Positions 40,690 through 48,221 of a DNA stretch of 64,000 bases are shown here, piece after piece. Under the pieces are notes generated by a model. It had not been told where the DNA came from. It was given only the letters and a program-made list of their open reading frames with translations, and made no database searches. Source of the stretch: a virus. Numbering within the stretch: the stretch's first letter is position 1; each line of letters starts with the position of its first letter. The position numbers and the translations under genes were made by a program. The stretch is from the IMG/VR virus record IMGVR_UViG_3300021964_006878, positions 1-64,000 of that record, one strand, 5' to 3'.

Positions 40690-41649
40690 TCAGGAGTTGA
40701 CCAGTTTAGCAAAGTAGTTGAGGGAGTCGTCTTCATCTTCCGTGTTGCTACTGAGAGTGGTGTCGGGGTCATTAAATGACTTACTGCGACCTTCACTCAA
40801 GTCCTCATAGGAAGCACCAGCGGCACTAGGTTCAGAGTAGTCACCACGACGCTCACGTTCCCATTGTGCTTCTTCTTCCTGAGTCTCAGGGTCTTGCATC
40901 TTAGGAGTACCCTTGTTACCAAGAGTATAATCAAGACGCTTCTGAAGTGCATCATATGCCTTGAAGTTCTTAGGGTCAAGGAACTCATTCAGGTCATAGA
41001 GATTGTTGTAGATTTTCTCTAGTTTATCATCGTCATCGAACAATGCGCTAGGGTTAGCAAACTCACTGCTATCATAGTTCTGATAACCAGCAACACGGCG
41101 AATCTTCAGTTTGAAGTTTGCACCCTGCCAGAAATCAAAAGGATTGATAGGTTCTTCGTCAGCAAACTCAGGCTTCATTGCTTCCATGATTTTATCATGG
41201 ATCTTCTTACCATACTTGTAAAGGAAAACTTTACCGTCGTTATCGGGATTAGAAGGATCACTTACAACAAGAATGTTGCTATAGTATGAGAGTTTACGCT
41301 TTTGCTTACGTGCTTGCTCTTTACCAGCATCAGTGCCGTTGTTCCAAAGGGTAGAATTATATTCACATACAGGACATTTCTGCTCTTTAGTGGTTAGACA
41401 TTGGTCAATCAACCAACCACCAGGACCTTGGAATGCATGGGTATAGACTCGTGCCCAAGGAAGTTCATTTCCATCTGCTTCAGGGAGGAAACGAATAACT
41501 GCAAAACCATTACCAGTCTTATCAACTGATGGTTTCCAGATACGCTCGTCAGCACCATTCCCCTTGTCGTTGAGTTTTTCGACAGACTTGATTAGTTTAT
41601 CAGTAAGGGAACCAGAACGGGACTGCTTTTTGAGATTTTGAAAAGACAT
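40690..41649 (-). CDS. gp32: Single-stranded DNA-binding protein gp32
   Basis: DERIWKP..DKTGNGFAVIRFLP...CPVCE; acidic C-terminal tail. Confidence 0.95.
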   Translation of the reverse strand: MSFQNLKKQSRSGSLTDKLIKSVEKLNDKGNGADERIWKPSVDKTGNGFAVIRFLPEADGNELPWARVYTHAFQGPGGWLIDQCLTTKEQKCPVCEYNSTLWNNGTDAGKEQARKQKRKLSYYSNILVVSDPSNPDNDGKVFLYKYGKKIHDKIMEAMKPEFADEEPINPFDFWQGANFKLKIRRVAGYQNYDSSEFANPSALFDDDDKLEKIYNNLYDLNEFLDPKNFKAYDALQKRLDYTLGNKGTPKMQDPETQEEEAQWERERRGDYSEPSAAGASYEDLSEGRSKSFNDPDTTLSSNTEDEDDSLNYFAKLVNS

Positions 41650-41695
41650 AGGATTGATTAGGATAAATTAGGATGTGTTGGATGTGGACAGGTCT

Positions 41696-41724
41696 ATTAT
41701 AAGGCATGTGCCTTCAGATGTCAA
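41696..41724 (-). promoter_or_regulatory. Sigma70-type promoter for gp32
   Basis: TTGACA-N17-TATAAT. Confidence 0.85.
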
Positions 41725-42043
41725 GTGTGTGCTCTAGATTTGCGATAGTTTTGTCGAGTTGCTCAAAGAACTTTTCCATGCCGTCACTCTCGGTATATCC
41801 GAACATCTTTGCTGCTTCAATTACCTTCTCCTTAATCACTAAGGCGTCAGGGTCATCAGACAGTGAGACACGAAAGAAGAACAGTTTCTGTTTCTCAAGG
41901 AATGTCTTAAGTCGCGCCAAGTGATCTCTTCTTTCTTCAACACTATACTCTGCAAGATGCATTAGATCAATAGTGAGTTCTTGTTGCAGTTGCTCAAGCT
42001 CCATGACTGTACCACGGACTTGATCTGAGTCAAAAAATCTCAT
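41714..42043 (-). CDS. Conserved cyanophage protein (DUF1825-like)
   Basis: FFDSDQVR...LEKQKLFFFRVSLSDDPDA. Confidence 0.7.
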   Translation of the reverse strand: MRFFDSDQVRGTVMELEQLQQELTIDLMHLAEYSVEERRDHLARLKTFLEKQKLFFFRVSLSDDPDALVIKEKVIEAAKMFGYTESDGMEKFFEQLDKTIANLEHTLDI

Positions 42044-42633
42044 ACTACCTGCTCTTTAAGAATCGACTTGAATTTGTTCACATCAATATTTAGGAATGGT
42101 TTATACTTTTTAATTTTGAGACTGACGGTATTCCACACCGGGTCTTCGAGTTTTTTATCAAAGTTCTTCACATATTCTAGGATAATATCTAATATTACCA
42201 TGGTCTCAATAGACAAAGCACCCTGCAGATATTTCTTCAATACCTCAGGGTGTGACTGTCCCTTGATAGAGAACAGTTGTTGAAAGTTTTCTTTGTTGAC
42301 GAAGACTTCTACTTCTGTCTTGAACATATAGGTTAAAGTTTGTGACCTTTTCATCCAAGATTTATAATTATCTTCTCCAGAGGAAATAATATCGCCAATC
42401 CATAGACGGTCTGGGTCATCACACTCAACAAAGTTTGCTAAAAAGTATTCTTTAATCTCACTATCATCTTTTTTGCGAGACATTCTTTCAAAAAAGTAAC
42501 GATCTTTACGATTGTTATATGCTTGAACAGATGCCCTAGACTTACCAGAGTATTTGAAGTAACTATAACTCTGCTTTGTAAAATGATTTTTGAATGCTAG
42601 ATATGTTTTGTATACATCAATCGGTGTCATCAT
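42040..42633 (-). CDS. gp59: Helicase loader gp59
   Basis: VYKTYLAFKNHFT...YFKYSGKSRAS...RKDRYFFE. Confidence 0.88.
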   Translation of the reverse strand: MMTPIDVYKTYLAFKNHFTKQSYSYFKYSGKSRASVQAYNNRKDRYFFERMSRKKDDSEIKEYFLANFVECDDPDRLWIGDIISSGEDNYKSWMKRSQTLTYMFKTEVEVFVNKENFQQLFSIKGQSHPEVLKKYLQGALSIETMVILDIILEYVKNFDKKLEDPVWNTVSLKIKKYKPFLNIDVNKFKSILKEQVV

Positions 42634-42805
42634 CAATTCGTTCAAAATCTTCAATTTCGTCTGCAGTAACTTCGTGTTCATTATTGATTAGATACCAATG
42701 ATGGCCAGAACGTTTACCAAGATACTGTAATTCTTCATCGATCCATGAGTTTTCACGCATTGCTGCTTGAATTTTATAATGAATCAATTCACCTCTAGAA
42801 ATCAT
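42617..42805 (-). CDS. Hypothetical protein (62 aa)
   Basis: ORF coupled between gp33 and gp59. Confidence 0.65.
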   Translation of the reverse strand: MISRGELIHYKIQAAMRENSWIDEELQYLGKRSGHHWYLINNEHEVTADEIEDFERIDDDTD

Positions 42806-43056
42806 AATGGAAGTTTTGCTCGTGTAGTTTTTTTCAAAAAGTTAAGTTGAGTAGCGTCACATTTAAGTTTTTCTTTCAATGGTTTTGAAATTAATTTACC
42901 AACAGATTCCATTTCGATCTTGTTCTCTTCACAAAACGTGAGGATAGCATCGATGTAATTGAACTTGTAAGTCTTGACTAGACTCTCAACCTCTTGTGCA
43001 AACTTTGCTGGACACAGAAACTTTTCCTTGATGAGTTCATCAACTTGATTCTCCAT
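42802..43056 (-). CDS. gp33: Late transcription co-activator gp33
   Basis: YIDAILTFCEENKIE.ESV.KLISKPLKEK...LNFLKKTTRAKLP. Confidence 0.9.
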   Translation of the reverse strand: MENQVDELIKEKFLCPAKFAQEVESLVKTYKFNYIDAILTFCEENKIEMESVGKLISKPLKEKLKCDATQLNFLKKTTRAKLPL

Positions 43057-43726
43057 ATTCTCCTGTTTTATATTCGACGAACTTTTTGATGTACTCTGTG
43101 AGAAGTTTAATATAGTGACCCTTGTTTGTTTTTTCGTAGACAAAGCTTTCTCCATTTTCTGCAACCATAATAGTAATTAATTTTTTAACTGGGATACCAG
43201 TCATTTCAAAATACATGCAAGCATAAGCAGTCTCTTGCACGAAATAATTTTCAATCCATTTTTCGGGTTTGATCTTGGCCGAGGTCTTAAAGTCGATGAC
43301 TGCAAGTTCTCCGTCGTACTCTGCTATGCAGTCTACTCTACCTGCAAGACCAAGATAATCACTATACAGCGATTGTTCTATAACATGTATGTTATTTATA
43401 CGGTCAAGATTCTTTTTCGCTGAGAGTAGAAGAAACTTTGTAGAAGGAAGCATATCAATGTCCTTGATGGGAACATTCTTGATGTATTGTTCTACAGCGT
43501 CATGGAACTTTGTCCCACGAAATGTAGATTCCCTAAGGACTTTATTTGCTTCTTCTTCACCGACTCTCTTTCGCCATTTGACAAAAACTTCACGGTTATA
43601 GAAACTCGTTACAGAAGTGATGGATGGATACATCTTTCCTGATGGAACTTCGTAAAAACGAGTTCCATCAATCATGGTTGCTTCTAAATCAGTTTCGCCT
43701 TTTAAATTATCTAGATGGACAAACAT
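43040..43726 (-). CDS. PD-(D/E)xK exonuclease (Cas4/RecB-like)
   Basis: YPSITSV...RGTKFH...AGRVDCIAE..GELAVIDFKTS. Confidence 0.85.
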   Translation of the reverse strand: MFVHLDNLKGETDLEATMIDGTRFYEVPSGKMYPSITSVTSFYNREVFVKWRKRVGEEEANKVLRESTFRGTKFHDAVEQYIKNVPIKDIDMLPSTKFLLLSAKKNLDRINNIHVIEQSLYSDYLGLAGRVDCIAEYDGELAVIDFKTSAKIKPEKWIENYFVQETAYACMYFEMTGIPVKKLITIMVAENGESFVYEKTNKGHYIKLLTEYIKKFVEYKTGEYGESS

Positions 43727-44487
43727 TAAATACCGAGTGCAATTTTAGTCATGATGTAGTTACGAACAAATCCAGATCTAACAATATCATTGACATCATA
43801 CTCTACACAAGTAAAGTCATCAGTCATTGCTTGGATGATCTTCATGAAATCAAGAATTCCATTACGCTCGTTGGTCTTCACAAGGTCAGACTGTGCTGCG
43901 TCTCCACAGAAAACAATCTTACAATTTTCACCAACTCTTGTTATTATACTATCAAGTTCATGAAAATTCAAGTTCTGCATTTCGTCAACGATGATAATAC
44001 AATTATCCATTGTAGTTCCACGAATGAATGAGGTAGACCAGAAGCGAATAGTCTCCTGTGCTTTGAGTGCTCCATAAAGCATCTCAAATTCATTCTCATT
44101 CTGCATCTCAAACATATACTTCACCATATTCTTATATGGAATTTGGTATAGTGCTGCCTTATCTTCATGGTCTCCAGGAAGAAATCCAATCTCACGAGTA
44201 GAAACAAGAGAACGAACCACATACACCTTTTCATAAGGTGTGAATTGATCTAATACGTCTTTAAGTGCAAGGTATAGTGCAACAAAAGTTTTGCCTGTAC
44301 CTGCTGCACCATAAGCAAACATATTTTTGCCTGCATTATATGCCTCAAAGAACTTTTCTTGGTTATCTGTTAATGGTTTGATGTCAACCATTAAATCAGA
44401 ATTGATTGGATGCTTTCTCTTCAGTTGTCTTGAACTCATACTGCCGACTCCAACACTGGAACCGCCTTTTCTCTTTTTAGCTGGCAT
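43726..44487 (-). CDS. phoH: PhoH-like ATPase
   Basis: GAAGTGKTF, REIGFLPG, FIRGTT, IIVDEMQN, GD..QSDL. Confidence 0.95.
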   Translation of the reverse strand: MPAKKRKGGSSVGVGSMSSRQLKRKHPINSDLMVDIKPLTDNQEKFFEAYNAGKNMFAYGAAGTGKTFVALYLALKDVLDQFTPYEKVYVVRSLVSTREIGFLPGDHEDKAALYQIPYKNMVKYMFEMQNENEFEMLYGALKAQETIRFWSTSFIRGTTMDNCIIIVDEMQNLNFHELDSIITRVGENCKIVFCGDAAQSDLVKTNERNGILDFMKIIQAMTDDFTCVEYDVNDIVRSGFVRNYIMTKIALGI

Positions 44488-44489
44488 AC

Positions 44490-44738
44490 TTAGATTTTTT
44501 GAATGTTAGCACCTGGGACTGATTTTACCTTGGATAGAACATCGTTCCATCCAGGATTCTTCTTACGAAGTTTATCCTTCCATTCACCGACTTCACCTGA
44601 AGCAGGACAAGTAGATGGATCACTCCAGTCCCTATGCCAGTCAGGATTATCGTTACACCACTGAGACCATTCAGTGACACTCATTACGATTTCTTTTTGC
44701 TCACCAGTCTCTTTATGGACTATTGGATATGTTGCCAT
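44490..44738 (-). CDS. Conserved cyanophage hypothetical protein (82 aa)
   Basis: MATYPIVHKETGEQKE...PGWNDVLSKVK. Confidence 0.75.
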   Translation of the reverse strand: MATYPIVHKETGEQKEIVMSVTEWSQWCNDNPDWHRDWSDPSTCPASGEVGEWKDKLRKKNPGWNDVLSKVKSVPGANIQKI

Positions 44739-44761
44739 GGTTACAAAACTCAATGAATTAT

Positions 44762-45364
44762 TTAGACCCATTCAAGGGCTTCAGCAATGATAGAAAGGTT
44801 GTTGTGTATTTTTTTGATATGCTCTGCAAAATGTTTTACATCCATATCTAACTTCATACTATTACATATTCTACAGCAAGGAACGCAGTTCTCTTTGGTA
44901 TAACCAAGAGTATTATCTACTCTATCAACACCTGTATAGTAGAAATCGCCACTGGTTTTTCCTCCTCCCTTTACTCTATTCTGACCTTGACTTCCACAAT
45001 AAAGACAAGGAGCAGTTGCTATACCACAAAACTCATCTTTTGTCAAGTCAAATGTGTGGTTTCTTTTCTCCGCACATTTAGAGTATTGATAGTATAAGTT
45101 ATTTTTTGCAGCCTCACCAGGAGCAAGTTGCCAAGACCTGGTGTATGCTCCACCATTATGTTTCCAAGTAGAGGATATTTTTTGGTTACATCCACAGGAG
45201 TATCTCCTCTTTATGTTGAAACTATACATCTCCTTTACATTATCACATAAAGAACACCTCACAACTCCTCTGGTGTGTCGTCCTGATTTAGTTGCAGGTA
45301 TTACTTCCAGTATAGTAAAGTTTCCTACAACATCTCCAACATTGATAGAAGATTTTCTTCCCAT
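44762..45364 (-). mobile_element. Free-standing HNH-type homing endonuclease (200 aa) at the thyX 3' end
   Basis: N-terminal Cys domain (C..C...SCGC); C-terminal CLYCG...GVDRVDNTLGYTKENCVPCCRICNSMK; own TATAAATA at 45389-45396. Confidence 0.85.
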
Positions 45365-45401
45365 AGTAGTAATGTATCCAACTACTTATATTTATATTAT
45401 A

Positions 45402-46055
45402 TCATATCAACCACTCATTATCAATACCTCCAAGTGCTTCTGCTGTTATGGGAAACTCTTTACAAAATATCTCCTTACAAGATTTTGCAATTTCCATATG
45501 CTCTTTCTGTGTTCCATTCTTCTCTCTCAGAGCAATGTAAGTAATCCAACTCCGCAGACTGCCAGTCATGTAGATTCTGGTGGGAGTACAGAGGGGAAGC
45601 ACATTTCTTGCACATTCCTTTGCCACACCACGCTCAAGCATCTGCTGATATAATGCCATAGAAGAATCAAACAGAGTCTGCATTTGCAGTTCCATGTTCT
45701 GAATTATAAAAGGATCAAGGTCATCAATCGAGTTCTGACGATTCTTTGTATCCTGACGGCGAAGTTCAGGCAAAGGAATCTTATCACCAAGCAGAGATGA
45801 ATCTGCATACCGTTGTGAAAATTCTTGATATGTGAAACTTCTATGACGCAATATCTGAGCCGCAATAGCACGGGTAGTCTCAATCTCTAAGGTCATAGTG
45901 GATTGTTCAAACACAGACCAGTGGTTGTGCTTGATACAGTAACGTAAAAGACCAGCGTACTTATCGTTCTCCTGGTTACTGGGGTTGGAAACTCTAGCGA
46001 TATACGCCATAGTCTTTTCTGCGTCAGGAGTAACGCTTACTAGTTGTGCTCTCAT
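45402..46055 (-). CDS. thyX: Flavin-dependent thymidylate synthase
   Basis: ThyX motif LRHRSFTYQEFSQRY; HWSVFE. Confidence 0.95.
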   Translation of the reverse strand: MRAQLVSVTPDAEKTMAYIARVSNPSNQENDKYAGLLRYCIKHNHWSVFEQSTMTLEIETTRAIAAQILRHRSFTYQEFSQRYADSSLLGDKIPLPELRRQDTKNRQNSIDDLDPFIIQNMELQMQTLFDSSMALYQQMLERGVAKECARNVLPLCTPTRIYMTGSLRSWITYIALREKNGTQKEHMEIAKSCKEIFCKEFPITAEALGGIDNEWLI

Positions 46056-46561
46056 AACATTTGCAATAATCTATGTTCTTTGTGATGATTTCTTGTGCCC
46101 TTATATGTTTTGTGTAGAGTTTGTTTGTTTAAATCATTCTCTAAACAAAATGTCGTAAGGTTTTTCACCTCTATTATATCACCAGAAGGGATTTTAATCA
46201 ACCACCTTTTAGAGTTGTCTGGCATTTTATAAACCCCATTCTTAATGGCGTCTTCAACATTTTCTTTTATTGTTCCCCATTTTAGATTAGATAAAGAGTT
46301 ATTATCTTTATTGTCGTCAAGATGTCTAACTACTTCGTGGTTCTTTGGGTTTGGAATAAATGCCATAGCAAGAAGTTGATGTAGTCCTTTCTGCCTTCTT
46401 TTTCCTTTTAAATCATACAAAGAAAAAGCATAGTATCCCCTTTTGTTTTTATGCCCGTTAATATATCTTTTAAGTTTAATCGAATAAACTTTTCCATCTG
46501 GGTATATTTTATAATGAGGATACTCATCTAGTATTCTACAATCCATCTCCATCATCGTCAT
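46052..46561 (-). mobile_element. HNH homing endonuclease (NUMOD4/HNH-like)
   Basis: HQLLAMAFIPNP....VRHLDDNKDNNSLSNLKWGT..EN; TATAAATA at 46580-46587. Confidence 0.88.
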
Positions 46562-46757
46562 TGATTAGTAGGTATGGATTATTTATACTTTTAGTCACGC
46601 CATCATCATCGTCTTCAAAAATCTCATCGTAGTCGCCTACAATTGTAGTATTTCTCTCATATGTATATGCTTCTATATCCGAGTAAACCTCAGACTCCAA
46701 AGCATCGACAAGAGATTTTAAATTACGTACAATGAGTTTTAGTTTTTGTTTGTCCAT
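46536..46757 (-). CDS. Conserved cyanophage protein with acidic tail, extended by the HEG insertion
   Basis: MDKQKLKLIVRNLKSLVDALESEVYSD...DYDEIFEDDDDG. Confidence 0.75.
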   Translation of the reverse strand: MDKQKLKLIVRNLKSLVDALESEVYSDIEAYTYERNTTIVGDYDEIFEDDDDGVTKSINNPYLLINDDDGDGL

Positions 46758-46780
46758 AAACTCAATTACAGTATCCATAC

Positions 46781-46817
46781 ATTCTACACAAAAAAAGCGT
46801 GTCTGTCAAGACACGCT
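46781..46817 (-). promoter_or_regulatory. Terminator hairpin overlapping a sigma70-like promoter
   Basis: AAGCGTGTC-TTGACA-GACACGCTTTTTTT followed by TAGAAT. Confidence 0.6.
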
Positions 46818-46824
46818 TCGTATA

Positions 46825-46995
46825 TTAATTTAATAGTCTCCTACATATTCGTTTACATACAGATTGAGAATCATCGCACTCAATCAAACAATCAAAGTAG
46901 TCGTTTGTCAAATCCATTTCATCATTATATAAATTTAAACTTTGTCCAATATTCCTCCATTCAGCTAATTGGTTACTTGACATGACATTGTGCAT
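46825..46995 (-). CDS. Small Cys-rich protein of picocyanobacterial type (56 aa)
   Basis: Manual translation MHNVMSSNQLAEW...NDYFDCLIECDDSQSVCKRICRRLLN. Confidence 0.7.
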   Translation of the reverse strand: MHNVMSSNQLAEWRNIGQSLNLYNDEMDLTNDYFDCLIECDDSQSVCKRICRRLLN

Positions 46996-47125
46996 AGTTT
47001 AACCCTTAAGAGTTTACATCATTGATATAGAAAGATTTTCAGATCATAGGAAGTTTTTTAATTCTGTATTATTTAGGTTAGTTTGTGTTAATTCACTAAC
47101 ATTTGTTAATTCGTTACTTAAAGAC

Positions 47126-47154
47126 AAAAAAAGAGAGGATAGTCAATCCTCTCT
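47126..47154 (-). terminator. Intrinsic terminator of the DUF4278 transcript
   Basis: AGAGAGGAT-TGACT-ATCCTCTCTTTTTT. Confidence 0.8.
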
Positions 47155-47172
47155 GCAATGTAAGTTAATGAA

Positions 47173-47340
47173 TCACTTAGTATAAGTACGACCACGATAG
47201 CAGAATGTACCGTGCGACTCTTTGTTTTCTACACAACGAGTAGAATACTCAACACCACGATATGAAGTGTGAAGAATTTGTGCGTTATGCAGTGCAGATG
47301 CTTTGTTGATCTGCTGCTTTACCATTTGAAGGGTGTTCAT
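47173..47340 (-). CDS. DUF4278-family small protein (GS-inactivating-factor IF17-like), 55 aa
   Basis: MNTLQMVKQQINKASALHNAQILHTSYRGVEY...GTFCYRGRTYTK (double YRG motif); SD AGGAG; downstream of glnA aptamers. Confidence 0.8.
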   Translation of the reverse strand: MNTLQMVKQQINKASALHNAQILHTSYRGVEYSTRCVENKESHGTFCYRGRTYTK

Positions 47341-47373
47341 GTTGTTACTCCTAAAGTAGTTGGATTTTTAGGT

Positions 47374-47561
47374 CCGTTCCTTTAGTCGTTTGCGTCCCAA
47401 TACCACTCACATTCTGGTGCTGAGTCCTTAAGAGTCTCAATCAATTCAATCTTAACTATATTACTAAGATTAGAATTTTTCTCAATCTTCAGCATAATAG
47501 CATCAGTTTGAGTACAGCTGAGTGTTGTATAGAATAATAGTTCTAACATGGGATGAACGAT
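47374..47561 (-). ncRNA. glnA-type glutamine riboswitch aptamer 2 (P2 region contains an ORF)
   Basis: AUCGUUCAUCCCA...UGGGACGCAAACGACUAAAGGAACGG; P1 CGUUC/GAACG, P2 UCCCA/UGGGA. Confidence 0.75.
47382..47549 (-). CDS. 55-aa ORF embedded in the riboswitch aptamer
   Basis: MLELLFYTTLSCTQTDAIMLKIEKNSNLSNIVKIELIETLKDSAPECEWYWDAND; uninterrupted frame. Confidence 0.7.
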   Translation of the reverse strand: MLELLFYTTLSCTQTDAIMLKIEKNSNLSNIVKIELIETLKDSAPECEWYWDAND

Positions 47562-47644
47562 TAGAGTGATTTTTTCCAGCGACGAATAGAAGTATGAGAT
47601 GTTTGATAATCTTCTGCAAGTTTTCTAATAGGCAGTGTAGCAAA
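47561..47644 (-). pseudogene. HTH-like coding remnant between the two aptamers
   Basis: Startless frame FATLPIRKLAEDYQTSHTSIRRWKKSL*, preceded by an in-frame TGA. Confidence 0.5.
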
Positions 47645-47657
47645 TCATTCTAATTCT

Positions 47658-47724
47658 CCGTTCCGCGACTTACTTGCGTCTCCTAATCAAGTCCAAATTT
47701 GTTCCAAATTAGGAGATGAACGAT
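47658..47724 (-). ncRNA. glnA-type glutamine riboswitch aptamer 1
   Basis: AUCGUUCAUCUCCUAAU...AUUAGGAGACGCAAGUAAGUCGCGGAACGG; 9-bp P2. Confidence 0.82.
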
Positions 47725-47730
47725 AGGTCT

Positions 47731-47759
47731 ATTATAGACCTCATACATTATTTAGTCAA
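47731..47759 (-). promoter_or_regulatory. Sigma70 promoter for the riboswitch transcript
   Basis: TTGACT-N17-TATAAT; predicted +1 near 47724, the first base of aptamer 1; -10 box sits in the palindrome GGTCTATAATAGACC. Confidence 0.8.
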
Positions 47760-47934
47760 GTAGTTCTGCATTATCGTTTTCTTTCATAAGATTAGATACT
47801 ACTTTTTCTGTACCGTCAATAACTTTAATCTGATACAGGTTAGACTTCATATACTTTTTAATTTTCTTGTACTTCTTCTTGACTTGCTCAATACCATCAA
47901 AGTTGATATCAACATTCAGATTATTGTCAGTCAT
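47752..47934 (-). CDS. Hypothetical protein (60 aa)
   Basis: ORF track; coupled to the upstream gene. Confidence 0.6.
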   Translation of the reverse strand: MTDNNLNVDINFDGIEQVKKKYKKIKKYMKSNLYQIKVIDGTEKVVSNLMKENDNAELLD

Positions 47935-48221
47935 TTCTTTTTCTTTTCTTCTTTCTTGGGTTCACTACCAGGAGCATTCCACATTTTGGGATTCATTGTT
48001 CCACTAGATTGTTTCATATCAATAAAGTTATCACGATACTTGTCCCAATAATGATCAAAGATATCTACTTTCTTAGTTGCAATAACTAAATCAAAATGTT
48101 TTCCACCATCTACCTTATACTCAATAAGATAGCAGGTATAAGGTAGAGACTTATCCTTTGATAATTCTGGATCACAATCTTCATGCAATATTTTAAGTTT
48201 ACTCAACTTCTCCCTCCCCAA
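47931..48221 (-). CDS. Conserved cyanophage hypothetical protein
   Basis: ILHEDCDPEL..DKSLPYTCYL...KKVDIFDHYWDKY; start uncertain. Confidence 0.7.
   Translation of the reverse strand: MGREKLSKLKILHEDCDPELSKDKSLPYTCYLIEYKVDGGKHFDLVIATKKVDIFDHYWDKYRDNFIDMKQSSGTMNPKMWNAPGSEPKKEEKKKK

Noticed and set aside
43040-43726. Cas4-like nuclease as evidence of a CRISPR system
   Set aside because: This is the usual cyanomyophage exonuclease; no repeat-spacer array or other cas genes were seen
47086-47118. Canonical NtcA box
   Set aside because: Spacing and bases do not match GTA-N8-TAC; kept only as an unassigned motif
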